Shown here piece after piece: positions 9,744-24,700 of a stretch of DNA of 64,000 nucleotides. The translations under genes were made by a program, and so were the position numbers. The notes beneath the pieces were generated by a model, which worked only from the letters and a program-made list of their open reading frames with translations, did not search any database and was not told the DNA's origin. Every line of letters starts with the position of its first letter. Position 1 is the first letter of the stretch. The DNA lies in assembly GCA_002633005.1 (NCBI GenBank), contig NMRA01000368.1, positions 304,920-368,919 of the forward strand, in the 5' to 3' direction. Source of the DNA: Phoronis australis. Its lineage: Eukaryota; Animalia; Phoronida.

Positions 9744-12700
9744 ATGTCTGTCACTCAAGGTTTGAAATCGGCAGATACTGGAGAATTAGGTGAGTTCAGA
9801 AGTTTTAAATCTGCCATTAGCGGTCCCTTATTTGGAGAGATATGTATTGAATAACATGCCCGTTATCCAGTGCCAGTGGCAGTGGGTGAAACTGGTTCGC
9901 TAAATCAGTGACTTCATATCTGATCAGTGCCACTCAGTATTCACTGCCACTGGATGGCCGTAAGCTACTAGACAGTTCAGTACCACCGTTCTCAACTGTC
10001 CGCTGTTCATGAGACGGTGTCAGTGGCCATCCCATGTTGCCGTGGTCTTCCATGACCATGATGATGAACGCTTCATCAAAATCGTATGAACGCTTGAGGC
10101 TTTTCGGCGAATTATGCCTCACACTGATTAAATCATCAAAATCGTGTTGCTATAAGTAGCTTTTGTAAATCTTAGGAGGGTGGTTTCCTAAGGTGTCCCT
10201 TTGGCTTTATGCGCAAAAGGTGTCTTGAGGTTTTAAGTTAAGTGTGAGGCATAATTCACCAAATGACCAAAAGGCTTCAAGAGAGCCTATGAGATGGCCA
10301 CCATCTCTACTGCGACCAGTTGAGACAGTGGTACTGTCTAGTTAGTGAATACTAGTAGTAACAGTTGTAATAGTAGTAGCGGGGCTTTGTATGATCGACA
10401 GGTCCGTTCCACAATGCTATACTTAAGCAGCGGCGACTGTGTGTAGCCTTGGGTTGTGTATAATCTAACACGTTAATCATTGATAATTGTCAGTGTTGCC
10501 ACTCTCACTGCTGCCTGAACGCTCACAGTCACGTGCTTCACTTGAGGTGAGGCGCAGGTTCTTCCATGAAAATGGTTACAACTTACAAGTGTGCCTTCAT
10601 GAGGTCAGGAAGGAGAACCTTGAACGAGTGGCTAACAGAGACTCAGGTTTGTGACTGCAATGTCACTGCCTTTGTACAATTACCCCTGACGTTCTTCAAT
10701 CAGGTCGGCCCCCTTCGAAAACACCACCCCTTCAAACTCGGGAGGCTGTCACGTTGTTGTCCCTCTCCGTTGTCATGGATACGTATCATTGATGAGTGTC
10801 AGTATCATGTGGAAAGTCATGTAGTATTGAACCTAGTACTTCTCACTTTAAAGCCAAACTACTCGACCAAAGACAGTTGCCCTTTGGTGAATAGTGAGGC
10901 CTGTATTTACACAATTACTAGTAACTCAAATGACCCATTGCAATAAATTTCCATACCAAAATCACTGAAAACCATATTTTAATTAACACAGCACATGTGC
11001 ATTTAGTTGGTCCACCAACTCTGACCTCTGGGCAGTGATCCTCAGGGTTTACTCATGGCCAACCAATAGTTATCACTGCCAACAGGCGTAACTTTCGAGT
11101 AAAAATATACTGGAAATCAAAAAACCCTAATCGATTCACACTTAGTTGTCAATAAACTTTCACCTTTTTGGCATTGTTTGATCCTTCACTAGTTTTTTGC
11201 AGGCAGCTTGAAAATTCATTACAGTTAATGCAATTTACTTGGACACATGTTAAAAGTGGTCTGTTGACAGACATGTTTTTGTATGCGATGACTAAGGCCT
11301 CAACTGTTTTGTTCAGGTGACCTATCATTTGCATATTTAGGTCAAAAAATGACAGTGAAAGGAAAGTAATTGCAGTTTTGACTATGAGTCACATGTAAAT
11401 GTTTCGATAGTACATATTGTGCACTTTACTTTTTCATTCATAGTCATTGACTAGTTCTACAGAGTTATCACCTGTATTCTTACAGCATATCCACAGGTGA
11501 TGTATTGCCTTATGTACACTCAACGCTACTGTGGGAGAAGCCCTCAGACATACGTTTGTACAGTAGTCAGGAATTGTTGGAGATACAGAGACTAGAGTGA
11601 CTAGTGACTTCAGAGGACACTGTCTCTTTGAAGGCCTGTGCTATTTACCAGACATGTCAACCAAATTGGTCATTTTGCTAGCAGTGTTCTGCACGACTAC
11701 TTAAATTAGCATGTTGCAGCGACCAGTTTGGCAGCACTCCCGTCTCCCGACCTGTTTGAATGTCACGCGACCGGTTTAAAAAAACTAGAGACCAGTTTGT
11801 AAAAGAGACGTTGCCATCATTAACAGAGTGGTCATTGGTTCAAACTATGTTTGAAAAAAAACTGGTCATAGCCTTTTGAAACTGGTCAGCTGTCTAAAGC
11901 CTAATCTGCGATTTCGCTCAAGCAGCACACCTAGGCAATAGTCTATTTATGGTGTAGGCCCTAATGCACCTTGCAAATAATCTCTTCAATCATCTTTTCA
12001 ATTCCGTTAGAACAACTAGTCCACAATGCATTCATCGTGAAATTATCAGAAAAAAAATCACAACTGCTGGCGTATTTGTATAAGTTGGATACATTGACGA
12101 TATCCAACGATATCCCTCCCATCCCGGTGCAAATGGCACTCAAAGGGACATGAAGGTGTCACAAAGGCGTAATTTTCAGAAAAACTTTCTGAGTGTCAGG
12201 CCCCTATTATATGTATCTCTGCATAGTGACAGCTCGATATGATAGATCTGTCAAATATAGAAGATTTCCAGGTAAATGTTATTTTATCACTTTCATTGTA
12301 AGTGACTAGTCACTATCATCAAAGGAGTGACAGTCACCTTTGACCCTAAAGTTCAAATCCAGCTAACTGCCTTAATTGATCCAGATTACGCAATCTATGC
12401 CCCTTGCTCATAGTGAACTACCTCTGCTATCTCAGTCTACAGTATAGTAGATCGCCATGCCATGATGTGCCTTGCTCATAGTTCTATCTCTGCTATCTCA
12501 GTCTACAGTATAGTAGATCGCCATACCATGATGTGCCTTGGTTGCCTAGGAAGACCTGGAGAATCTTGGGAGGGGATGTTCTAAGTCGAAGGAACATCAC
12601 ATACAGGGAGGGCTGGTACAATGTTCACACTTTGAAGGTCACAAGCCATGAATTTTTGAAATTTGTTCACTAGCCCTGTAGTTAAAATAATCACATTCTG

Positions 12701-15700
12701 TTATTTTGTGTGTCTCTGATATAGGATATTAATGTCAAAGTTATTACTATCTAAATTTGTCATCATTATATTTACGAGTTGCCTCATTTGACCTGGCTGT
12801 TTAAGGGTTACAAGGAAATTGTTTAAAAGTTAATCTCGTTATGGGGCTTATTATTAAACAATCAATCATTTTATCATTGGTTCACTGTTATAATCTTTCC
12901 TTATCAAAATTCCTTCTCCATGGTCTCCTACTATCTGCTTACTCTGTTTTTTAGGGCGGAGTTTGAATGTGTTGTGTGGGCTTGCTGATAAAGTATCGGG
13001 TTCTCTCATTATATGTAAACACGTTATACACGTAGATTGAATGGTTGAATGAACTTCAATACCTTATGACAAAACAAAATTATGTTAAAACATAATTTTG
13101 TTTTATGTTTTTTGTCTTGTCTGTTTCATTCAGTGGACTCTGAATTTTTACTTAATTGTTGTTACCTTCTGGTTGTTTACATGACTGTGGTATAGAAGCA
13201 TCAATATTCAGCTTTGTCCCAGCTGGCAGTTGTGTAGTATTTTTATGTCATGCAATAAACAATGAAGATAACCTCAATCAATTTCTAGCCTGTCTGCCAG
13301 TTGTTTATTGAGCTTGGGTTTATGATTGTGTATTAGACTGGGGGAACATGTGTTCATAGTTAAAAAAGGTATTCTGCTGAATCTTACTGTGCTTGGTTTT
13401 GTGGTGCCAGTAGTGAAGATGTGATTGCCAGGTTGTGTTGTGTTCAGTGACTGGTTGTACCTGGTTGATCAATCATTCATCTTTGCCACTGTCACCCAGG
13501 CTTGACATTGCTATGCATCCATTGTTAGTCAGTGGTAATTATGTAAGAATTTATCCATTTATCTGAATGTATTTATTATGGACCATCTGCTACATGCAAT
13601 CAGCTACTGACCAGTGCTATATGTATCCTTCATTGCTTTTCTTTCAATTGGAAGTTTATTTTTCACTAGAATAATGTAAATGTGAGTGGAATATAACATA
13701 AAATATAATCTTGTCATTAACAATGGCTAACTTTCGAAGTAGCTGTGCCATATTGAAATTCACCAACGTGCCAGACGGTGATCAGGTCTTTGGTGGACAG
13801 GCGTTAACGCCACCAGCAGATCCCATGTGGGAAGTATAAACAGTGTTTTGACACCATTCCCGCCATCATAATTCTGGCAAATTTTCACTACTGTGTGTTG
13901 GGGTGTACCAATGTCTCACAGAAAAGGCAAACCTTTTGAAATATCCATTGATGAAGGACATCATGTTCATTCCATATACATTTCCCACCACGAAGAGTAG
14001 GCAGCTGCACCCAAGTAAGCGGTATATCGTTGTAAAAAAGCTAAATTGAAATAACTCAACCTAATCAAGTAACCACTATGTCACTATGTGGTAATTGAAT
14101 TTCTGTCCACCAAATCTCAGTCAGACCGAGCGGAAGTTGCTTTTGCGCTCTCAAGTCTGGAGAACACTAATATGAAAATTCCTCCACTGAATGGTTCCTA
14201 CATTTTATAAATTCTTGGGAAATCTGAAAGGCAAAAAATTATACCCTACACCGGTCTTTGATGATGCGAGAAGACATACATGATGCCCTAAGGCAAGGTC
14301 TGAGTTGCCTCAGTTGCCTGAGTTGTCTGAGTTGTTGGTGAACTATCCAGACCCTTTCTTTGAAACTTGATAATTGACACTGGCTTTGGCCGACATTGCT
14401 GTTGTGCATAATATAGGTGGTGTTCCTAATGTCTGAAACAGTTGCAATGCAGTCCTCTGCTGTATGATCTTGTGGAATGTGTTTTTCTACCTGTGTACTG
14501 GAGGACTTTTCGCACTTGGTTTTACATGTATTTCCATTTAAACTTTTATTTTATCTTTTTTGCCTACTAATCTGGTTTTAGAAATAGAAAATATGTTCAC
14601 TCTTTGTCTGGTTTAAGATTTCAGATAATTAATTACCGATAATACTCTTTATCTGACACCTACCAAGAAGTTATATTGATAGGATACCTTCGTTACCAAG
14701 GATTGACTAATAAAACACATAATTTGCAAATTCTGTGCAAAAAATAGGCTTTGTGGAAAATGTGACGGCCTCCATGAAAAATCATTTGTTTTTTGAAAAA
14801 CGCAATCATGTTATTACAAAAATGTGGGCATTGCTTTTGTGTATATACTATGATTCTGTAGTCACCAAGGGTTTAAAAATGTGTAGTTTTACGGGATTAC
14901 TAAAAAAGTCATTTAAGAAATTCAGTCCTTGGTAATGAAAATGAAGCACAGAGTGAGCACAGTATTATACTCAAAGTTTTCCTGTGAGCGTAGGATTTGG
15001 TTTAATTTCCCTCGTTATTGTGTGTACTGCCCGTAGAAGCTACTGCGATACTTTAAATTAGTAAATCCTTCACAAACCATCAGACTTATTTGAGCAACTT
15101 GTTAACTCTGATGCCTTTAGCTTGAGCAGACAAGAATCTTTCAACTTCCCTTGGACAGAACAGTCCATTGCCTGTCCCTTTAATCTCTCCCAGACATAGC
15201 TGATACACATTTATGTAGGTAGTGTCAACTGAAGTATTGCAGGTATTTAGTTCCTTGCCCAAAGGCACAAGTATATATCTGCAGCTCTAAGCCATTGATT
15301 GAACCTACACATCGCCTAATGGTTGAGAATCTCCCAATTTCTGTTGAGCCACATACTATAGGCACTGCACTGCACTGCACTGCACTGCACTGCACTGCAC
15401 TGCACTGCACTGCACTGCACTGCACTGCACTGCACTGCACTGCACTGCACTGCACTGCACTGCACTGCACTGCACTGCACTGCACTGCACTGCACTGCAC
15501 TGCACTGCACTGCAGGTCATTATTATGACCCTCTATAAATAGTTACAGGGATTCTACACTTATTTGGCACACAATATGTCAGACCAGTGAAATTCTAGTT
15601 TGTCTAATTTCTCCATAAAAATAAATTTAGTCTGTTGCTAGCAGTAAATGTACTGTGTAGGTGTCATCTAGAAACATGCGGTGAAGTTTCCATTACTGGC

Positions 15701-18700
15701 AGTACAGTAATTACCCTTGAAAAAGTAAAAAAATTTCAACTTTGGCAATTGTTTTTTTTGTGAAATAAGTGGAGAGTTACGATATATCGTGTAATTGTAA
15801 GTGCTTTATTTAAATTCTCTACTTAATCTTTCAGTCTCCCTTCAAAAGATCGATGTGGACATCTCCATGGAGGGGCTGTGTGCCAATGTTGATGCCATCA
15901 TTCACTACCGTAACATGGACTTTGTACCGGTCGGTGCTCAGTTCTACTGCATACTGGGACACCACTGTGTGCTGTACAAGTTTGAGGCAGAAATACAAGA
16001 CCGCATCATCATTGGCGAATGCGTGGAAAAGAAGAAGGTATTTGTATATCAATTGCTAACGTAGTAAAGGCACAGCAAATTTTCCCAATCATTCAGGGTT
16101 CATGCTCACCTGAAGAGAATGGTGTCTTCATACCTTCTAAGAGGTATTTTTATGGGCCTAATGAGGGGTCGTCTGTGATTTTCAGTCCCAAAATCGTGGC
16201 ATTGATAGTCCTGTCTCAGTGTCTTTTCCACACATCCCACCCTCTCGGTGTGCATGTGTGCACATTTTCTTCAACTGCTGTAAAATTTGTTTAAAAAATG
16301 CTATAATGGCTTTTTGCTGAGTTTATTAAGGTCTTATTCATGGCAGCAAAGTCAAGAAAATGTCATGTACTCGTTACACTATTGAAGTGCTTTGACTGAA
16401 AAATTCATATTTACCACAAAACATCCGGACTCACTCAGCATTAGATCCACCTTCAGTGCTGACAGGTAATATACCTGTTTCCGTTCCTCGTAATTGGTGT
16501 GGAAATCTTCAGATCTTACCTAGATTCTGGCTAGCTTTAATTTCAAGCCTACTGTACCAATGTAGTAGAACCTTAGAAATCCTCTCTAATCTTGGTGTAG
16601 CAAGTGGCGGTATGCACATGTTCCTCAAGTAACTAAGATTTGTAGAAATTGCCAACCATTTGTCTTGCTCATCATGGTCATTTTGGTGATAACAGAGCAG
16701 TAGTACTGTAGCATAGCTAGACATTTGATCTTCAATAATTGTAATTTGCAGATCTTGAAGTAATGCAATACAGGGTGTAGAACTTTCTTCTTTTTCGGTT
16801 TCAATTTTCACGTTTGATTTCCAGTTTCCTCTTTTTTCATTTGCTTTTACTCAACTCATTCATTTTGACTTTTTATGCAAATACGTTTATTTCAGTTAAA
16901 TTTTACAATGCTAAACATATTTCCATCCCACAAGCCTGTTTATTGGTGGAAAAATACATCATCTGGAAAATTTTCCTCCTTTTTGTCATTGGTCATTCCA
17001 AGCTCTGGCACTGAGAGTACTAACAATAGCAGTATGTGGTGGGTCCTGTCAGTTGTCCGTTAAGCTTTTACTCCAGTAGCTCAGTTGTATTAAATTTGTT
17101 CATTCTTGCATCTTATTTCGTGCATCCTGAGATCATAAGGTACTCTAAAAGTGTGACATATTCTTTAAATCACAAAGATGTTTTTCTGATTGTGCATTTA
17201 GTAATTGTTTTGTCACACTTTTAGATTGTACAAAGGTGCACTTTATTGATGAATGTGTTCTATTTACTTCATTCTTTTCTCCTCCCTCTATCCTTGGACT
17301 GTCAAAGCTGCACAAACATAATCCAGCATGCATACAGTTTTCACTCCAGCATGCATACAGTTTTCACAACTAAGCAAAACCCTGTTGTCTCCAATGGTCC
17401 AACTCTTATTTGTCCTCTGCTGTAATCCTGTTGATTTTGGTATTGTTAAATCAACACATCACCAGTTACTTGATTCCTCTGCACCTCATATGAATAGAAA
17501 TCCCATGTGTTCTCACAATGTCACCCTGTCCAAGGTGGGGCTTTGATAGAACATAATCTCAATGGTCAATTTGTTCAGCGTTTTTTTTTTCACCCACAGA
17601 TTATACATTGAATGCTCATACTTGTGGTTTTAAACAGTAGGTGGCACATTCTTTTCATAGTAAAAATAACATTTTGGTCCTTTCCTGGTTGTTTTGAATT
17701 TTAAATAAGTCTACATTAGTTGACTTGAGAATTACCCGAAATTCCTGGTGAGGGCAATTTTTCTTACACAAGAACTTAACCATTAATAATGTTAGTGGAT
17801 TGCTGGCAATTAAATATTCCTTGCCCTTGTTAACATGTAAACATAGCATGTGAGGTTTCTAAGCAATACAGATATTTGTTATATCTTGTTTTTTATCAGC
17901 ACACAAGCTGAAAGAGAATTCTGAACATTATAGGTATCTTAATGTATGGCATGGTAAAAAAGTAAAATCTCATGAATTTAGGGTACGTGGTAGGTATGTG
18001 AAGTTAAATTTTCATTCTCCATAAAGATAAGTGACACTAAACAAATGCTTTATATTAGCTTTTTAAATAGTACGCCATACCTACTATCAGACTATCAATA
18101 TGAGAGAAATTTTGGAAACTCTGAATAAGTCAGAAGCCCAAGTTTGAAAACTGAAAAAGCAAATTATTTGATTATTTTTGCCTGAAATTTGTGAGATTTT
18201 ACCTGAATCGTAACAGTTTTATTTTCAATAGAATAGCGGTATTCAGTAGATCCCCTGAATGGTTTTTGCTACGTAATTCTAGATTGAAGAAGATCTACAA
18301 GATGCCATCGCCAACATGCGCCGTCGGTACAAGTACTGCCCTGCCCCCGAGGACAGTTTCAGGTGTTACCTAGGAAACCTGCCTCCCGACACAAAAGCTA
18401 TCGTCCGTCTTAGCATTGCTTGTGAGCTCCATGTAGAACCAGATGGTAGTGTCTACTTTCAACTGCCTGTAGTACTGAATCCGCCCTACTCTCAATTTTT
18501 TGAAGGTTTGTACATTGCAATATATTGGGAATTAATAATCTCTCATTGAAGCTGTAACATCTTATCAACATTATGGTGCGTATAATGATGGAAATAAGAC
18601 GAGAAATTGTAAGCGCATTGTTCTCAAGCTTTTGCTGTCAATTATGCTGATTCTCAAATGGTAACAAGATATTAAGTGGAACAAGCTTTTATGCTATATA

Positions 18701-21700
18701 GTGATGGAACTTGTGTTGATAGTACTTGCGTGCCAACTCGCCAATGTCTGTTTAACTGTTGGCTATCACACATTGAAGGGTTAAAGTGGCTTGCATGGTT
18801 TAGGCACCGGATCACTGCAAGTGTAAGTTGGTGTTTAACTTTGCTTTCATAAAGATTTTTCCTCAAAAACCTTTGATAACATTATGCAGTTTTATTTTCA
18901 GATGTGCGTGACTCCAGCACCGCTAGTCGTGGACATCGCATTTCCAATGGCACTCATCGCAGCAGCACTCTAAGCATTGGCAGTGCCTTTGCGCGTTCTC
19001 CCAATCGTCTCAGCTTTCGCTCGTCAACGTGGCGCAATTCGTGGGCCAGCTGGGCCAGCGGGGGATACACACCTAGTCCCAGTGCTAACACTAGCTTCAC
19101 TTTTCCCGACCCCTCCGAAATACCCTATTCACTTAATCTGAACTTGACCATCAAGTCTTTCCAGGAGATCGCCGACGTTGTCTCACGGCAAGCCAAGGTG
19201 GATGTCAAGTATCTTAACATGGAGCGCACCTCTGCATCAGTAAGTGTACTTTTAAAATGGTACTTTTATTATATCCAAAATATGCTTGGATCAGGGCTTG
19301 GAATTTTCCGCGGAAACGCGGATTTCCGCTTTTTTGAAATGTGCTTTCCGCTTTTTTTATAATATTTCCTCGTAAAAAAAATCGGATTTGATATGAAATT
19401 TCCGCGGCAAATTCCTTTCTTACCGCGGCGTTGCAGACGACGTTCACCTCGGAAAGCGGAAGTCTTTATGTTTCGGAGGAACGTAAATTGTCAACATTGC
19501 CGGGGCATCTGGATCTGGGTAAAGCGTGGTCTGATTTTCAATGGCGGCTCGTGTTACTGTTAAGCGCGGCGACAAATACTACCGCTCTGCAGCCAAATTT
19601 GTGTGGGTTGGGAGTGGACGGGCGAGCGAAAAGGACGCAGATGCATGCTACTGATGGTGGTAATGTTGTTTTTTTTTTGTCGCGGAAAGGTTCACATTGA
19701 CCATTTCAAAGGCTGGTTATCGGGCATGATTTGGGCCGTGAAAGTTTCCGCGTTTTTTGTCATTGGTCATTCCAAGCCCTGTTGGATGTGCTTAACAAAA
19801 AAGGGTAACAGTGGGAAATTAGATGAAAACTGAATGATTCTTACTTCTGAATCACTAAACGTGGCAGACTTCAGTTCAGTTGGGAATCGGTCTTGGCATT
19901 ACAACACAGCAATGTATTTCACTCATTTCCAGGTGTCTCTGCCAGATCCCTATCACTTCAGCAAAGTGCTGTCATTTAGAGTTCACTATGTCGGCGGCTA
20001 TAACCCCAATGTATTATGGGAGAGAGGAAATAAAGAAGGGGGTGAGTGCTAGATTGTAGTCTTGCAGCCATTGGATTTCGAGAAATGTTGACATTTTTGA
20101 ACGAACATTGTTAAATGTGGTTTCTGTTGAAACGTGTAATTTCTTATAGTTGCTGTGAGCCCACAACTGTCAAAAAGGTAGGTTTTGATTCAGAGCGTAT
20201 GCCATTATAAATTGGTTTTATTTCTTACTTAGATTTGAAGTGATTTCTGGGCTTGGGAAGTACTGACTGTTATTAATCAAGACCAGGCTAGTTATGTTGT
20301 CTTAATGCAGAGAGGGATTTTATATGGCAAGCAGTACTTCAAGAAATATAGACCTGTAAGTTCACACTTAGGCCAGAAATCACTTCTTATTTATTTGGGG
20401 AACATCAAGCTTAGACCTATTTAAGTAAGTCATCTGGGTTAAACGCCTGTTTGGCAGAAGACTATGTCATGTTGGCTTCAGATATTTGGGAATTGGGTTT
20501 TTCACCAAATTTTGTTTTGAGGGCTCTGAATTGAATTAGTGCCAAAATCTAATTAATCACTCGAATGCTAACTTACTATCAGATAATGAGTAATAATACG
20601 AGGTCCCGCATTTTGAGAGCCAGTTTTCTCCACTGAACAAAGAGCATTAAACTGGTTCTCAAAATCTAGGACCCTTCTAAATGGCTATTGGCAGACTATA
20701 TTCATAGTTGCTGCTGACAACTTGAACTCCAACTGTTCAAATTCATCCATAGGTGGCATGTTGGCTCACGACGTACTTATGATTGACTTCTGCCCTGATC
20801 TCTCGGAGACAATCACCAAGCCAAAGAAAAGTAATCGTGGAGAGTTCATCTTTTTTGTTGACCGATCAGGTTAGTGAACATCTGCAGCCGCATACTGATT
20901 GCTCAAGGAGACATGCTATTGCTATCTTTAGCTGGCCTTTATTTAAAATTGTCCCTTAGTATTCTCGGATTATGATGCCAACATCCATCAGATGAGGGCC
21001 TTTGATCCCGGTCAGTTTGTAACTTTTTTTCGATAGATCTATCATTGTTAAGGTTGCTAAGTGGAATACCATTAAGTGACACTTATACCAAGCTAACAAT
21101 ACAAATTTTAAAATGGCTGTGTTGGTCATAGGCATAATCATAGCCAGTTTAGTTGCAACACTGTTATCATTTAATATTCAAAAATGAATAAATTAGTGCC
21201 CATTTTGCATGAGTATAATCCCCTATTTAACTGATCAACGTGATTGATGGTGCAACTTATTTCTTCTATATTCAGGAAGTATGCGAGGAGACAAGATGCG
21301 CAGTGCACGAATCGCCCTGCTGACATTCCTGAAGAGTCTTCCAGTTGGCTGTTATTTCAACCTCGTCGGATTCGGCAACAACTACGTCATGTGTTTCCCC
21401 GGGTATGTCCTTGTCACTTCAAGCACGTGGATTACTTCTAGAAGTAGTGATTCAATCACATAGATTTAGTGTTTTATCAATTATGCATGTAGCATCCTGT
21501 GAGTTCCTATGTTTTAGTATATCCAGATTTTAAGAGTAATTCCCATTAGAAAACTCAAGACTTTGATTCTCTTTCTTAGAAAACTGAGACTTCTATCAGC
21601 AACATTCATGAGGATACTTCTATGACTAATTCATGTTCTTAGAAATGACAGGCTTTTTCAAGTAGATTATATTTAGAAAACTTCTATGGGTAACCTCCGA

Positions 21701-24700
21701 CTTTCAGTGGTTACCATCTGTTACTGAACTAAGACGTAACATAATTAGGTAACTTGTTTAGAAAACTTAGCACATTGTAAAGATTTTTTGTGGAAATTTG
21801 AGATCTAACTTAAAGAAGCAACTTAGCATATAAAGTGTGTTCATGTTTCAGTGGCAGCAAATTGTATAATAAACAGAATCTCGAGAAGGCCATGCTGTTC
21901 CAGAGCTTCTTTCACAGTAACATGGGCGGCAGCGAGTTGTTGAAGCCACTCAAGTGTGTCTACAAGAGGCGACCCATGAGGAACCACCCTAGAAAGGTAG
22001 GGGATGAGGGGGGGAGTGTTGCTCTTTTGTAGTACTGGAAAATTTCTCTTAAAAGTTACTGAACTTCCTTGAGATGAAAGGGCAATGTTTCGTCAGCGTC
22101 TGCTGGATTTTTCATGCCTGGCAACTTCCTATGGATTTGGTCGGAGTTGAGAAAATCGTCGGGAAATTTTAGTCAGAATCCTGTCCAAGGTGTGTGATAT
22201 GTAACGAATGAGTCTTACATACATCTATTTATCAGTGTGACCTACAATCCCTGTCCTAACGGTTAAGTGCACCCGAAATTACCACATTATAATTATGGAA
22301 TGCGAATGGAATTCACCATCAGAGTACCTATAATTACGGATCATGACAGGCAATATGCGTCATGTTGAGGAAACAGTATATTGTCTGGTTACAATTAGTG
22401 CAAATTGCACAACTGACAAATAATGCTTGAAAATGTGATGTGGGAAGAGTTGATTCCACTGATCTTAATTTTTGGATGTGCGTGTTTTTCACATTTCTGA
22501 ATTTCCTGATGAGAAAAATTATGCGGCACTAGTGATATAAATATTTGTTTTAATGCTGCAAGAGATGTTTCATTTGGATTAAATCAACTGTTAGACTGGA
22601 AGCAAGTGCATGATGGGAAATATTTTATGTGTCAGTTCTCCTGGAGTGTGTTCAGTAAGGCTGATATATTGCAAGTCAGATGAGTTCTTGCAGGATATCA
22701 CCTGAACTTTTGTGGATAACCAAAACTATTGCGTGCACATCCCAGAATTCAGCTTGGAAGTTACAAGGCATTTTATGATTGATCTCTGATTAACGGTTCG
22801 CAATTGATGAGTATCCAACTCGCTAAAAATTTCCTGTTATTCATTGCACAAACAACTTTCATTTGCTTTCTGTAAGTAAGTCAGTCGTGTTTACCAAGCA
22901 AAGTATTGACAATTATCTCGTAAGAAACTAGTGTGGCTCAAGGCAGCACTGGTTTGCTAGATAGGTTGCTAGGTTACAAACAAAGGTTGCTAGGTTACAA
23001 ACAAAGGTTGCTAGGTTACAAACAAGTTGACTTGACATGGTGGATCACGTGATGGAACAGTGACCTGCATCAGTTGTTTTTTGTTATGAAAATGTGAACA
23101 CCAGCAATTATTGATTTTTTTTAATCATTTTATGTTTCAGATATTTATTTTGACTGACGGTGATGTTTTAGAAAAGCGTGCTGTGATAGAAATAGTAAGA
23201 AAGAATGCAAAGAATACAAGGTAGACATTCCTACGTTGTTTAGTTTTTATCGAGTAAAGTTGATATTAAATTAAGGTTGAAATGTTGTTTATTGACGTAT
23301 CCATCATTTTTAGGACAATTTTCCCTAGTTTATTGAATCTTCTGAGGTCAATAGATGTTTCAAAATGAGCATGCACAATGGACAAAGGACAAATTGAAAG
23401 TGGACGTTGGGAGAAAAGCTCGTCTATTGCAGCATGACTGTGAATAACGGACTGTAGTTTTTTAGAATGATCGTTGGATTTTATATCGTATTCAATGTTT
23501 GTGTTATGCGTTTGACTGTCGATATTCCTATGTTTGTTTCACTGTAATCAACTGGAGAGTTTCTTTATCAAAAAAATATTTTCATTGGGGTTGTTCATTT
23601 GTTTCAGAGTGTTTACTTATGGTATAGGAGACAATGTGTCTACGACTCTAGTCAAAGGTCTTGCCAGAGCTGGCAAGGGGAAATATGAGTTTATACAAGA
23701 CATCACAAAAATACAGTCAAAAGTAAGTCATTACTGTTCAGCATACATGTAGACTGAAGAACACATGTTGAGTACTTGATGGCAGTGAAGATAATTATAC
23801 CCTCAGTCAAATGGCTTTTTCGTAGTCATGATAATGTATATGTGGTTCTGTTTTAGATTACCTCATTACTCAAGTGTGCTATGAAGCCGTGTGTCACTGA
23901 TGTCAACATAGAGTTTGATCTTCCTGAGCCTATACAGGTTCAGCAGATACCTACAAAGATCTCAGCCCTGTACTCTGGACAGCGCCAGCTGGTTTTTGCC
24001 ACCATGGAATCTAGTGAGGTGGGTTTCATTGCTTCTTGATTGTGCAACAATAATGCGACCACTTGTCGGTGGTTATCTTTGTTTGTCCATCGTATCGCGT
24101 GAAAACTTGATAGATTGTGATGAAATATGAAACGGACTTATGTTGTGAAGATGTGCCAGCACCAATTGATTTTTTCATGGATTTCATTGCCATGGCATCC
24201 CCTGTTGGCTGTTGCAGTTTTCTTCCGAGACATTTCTTGTCCGTCGTTTTTGGTAAAAGGACTTGGACCAGTTTTGCCTTAACTGTATGCAAAAATACAT
24301 GATGAGATTGCACCTGCACTAGTCAATTTTTAGACAATTCCACTACTGTGGCTCCCCCTGGTGGCCATTTAATTTCGCTGAAATTTAATGCAGATGTATG
24401 TGATGGGAATGTATTGGCACTATTTAATTTTCGAATACATTTGATCTCTGTGGCATCTCCTGTATATTTTGGATAAAGAAATTCCTTGTCTATCAATTTT
24501 TGGCGACACAACTTGTTCAAGATTGCCGAACTTGACAAAATGGTATATGGTGGGAATTTGCTGGCACTAATCTACTACCCTTGGACCCAGTTGGCAATTT
24601 TCGTTTTTGACTAGATTTTACTTGTGCCTCGATTAGCACCGTAACAGCTTGACACATTTTGATGAAATTTGACACATGGGTTGATGTTTGGAATATGCTG

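Larger units (their letters stand above)
7513..11144 (+). repeat. About 1.5 kb direct duplication (7513-9043 vs 9667-11144) that includes VWA5A coding exon 1; probably two uncollapsed haplotypes joined at an N
   Basis: The copies are near-identical with SNPs and indels, and copy 2 begins immediately after the N at 9666. Confidence 0.85.

Noticed and set aside
8457-10946. Paired ORFs MKIVTTYKC / MKMVTTYKC
   Set aside because: They are intronic and duplicated only because of the 1.5-kb repeat; an indel shifts the frame between copies.
15225-15528. ORFs with QCSAV / ALHCT repeats
   Set aside because: They are translations of the (TGCAC)n microsatellite.
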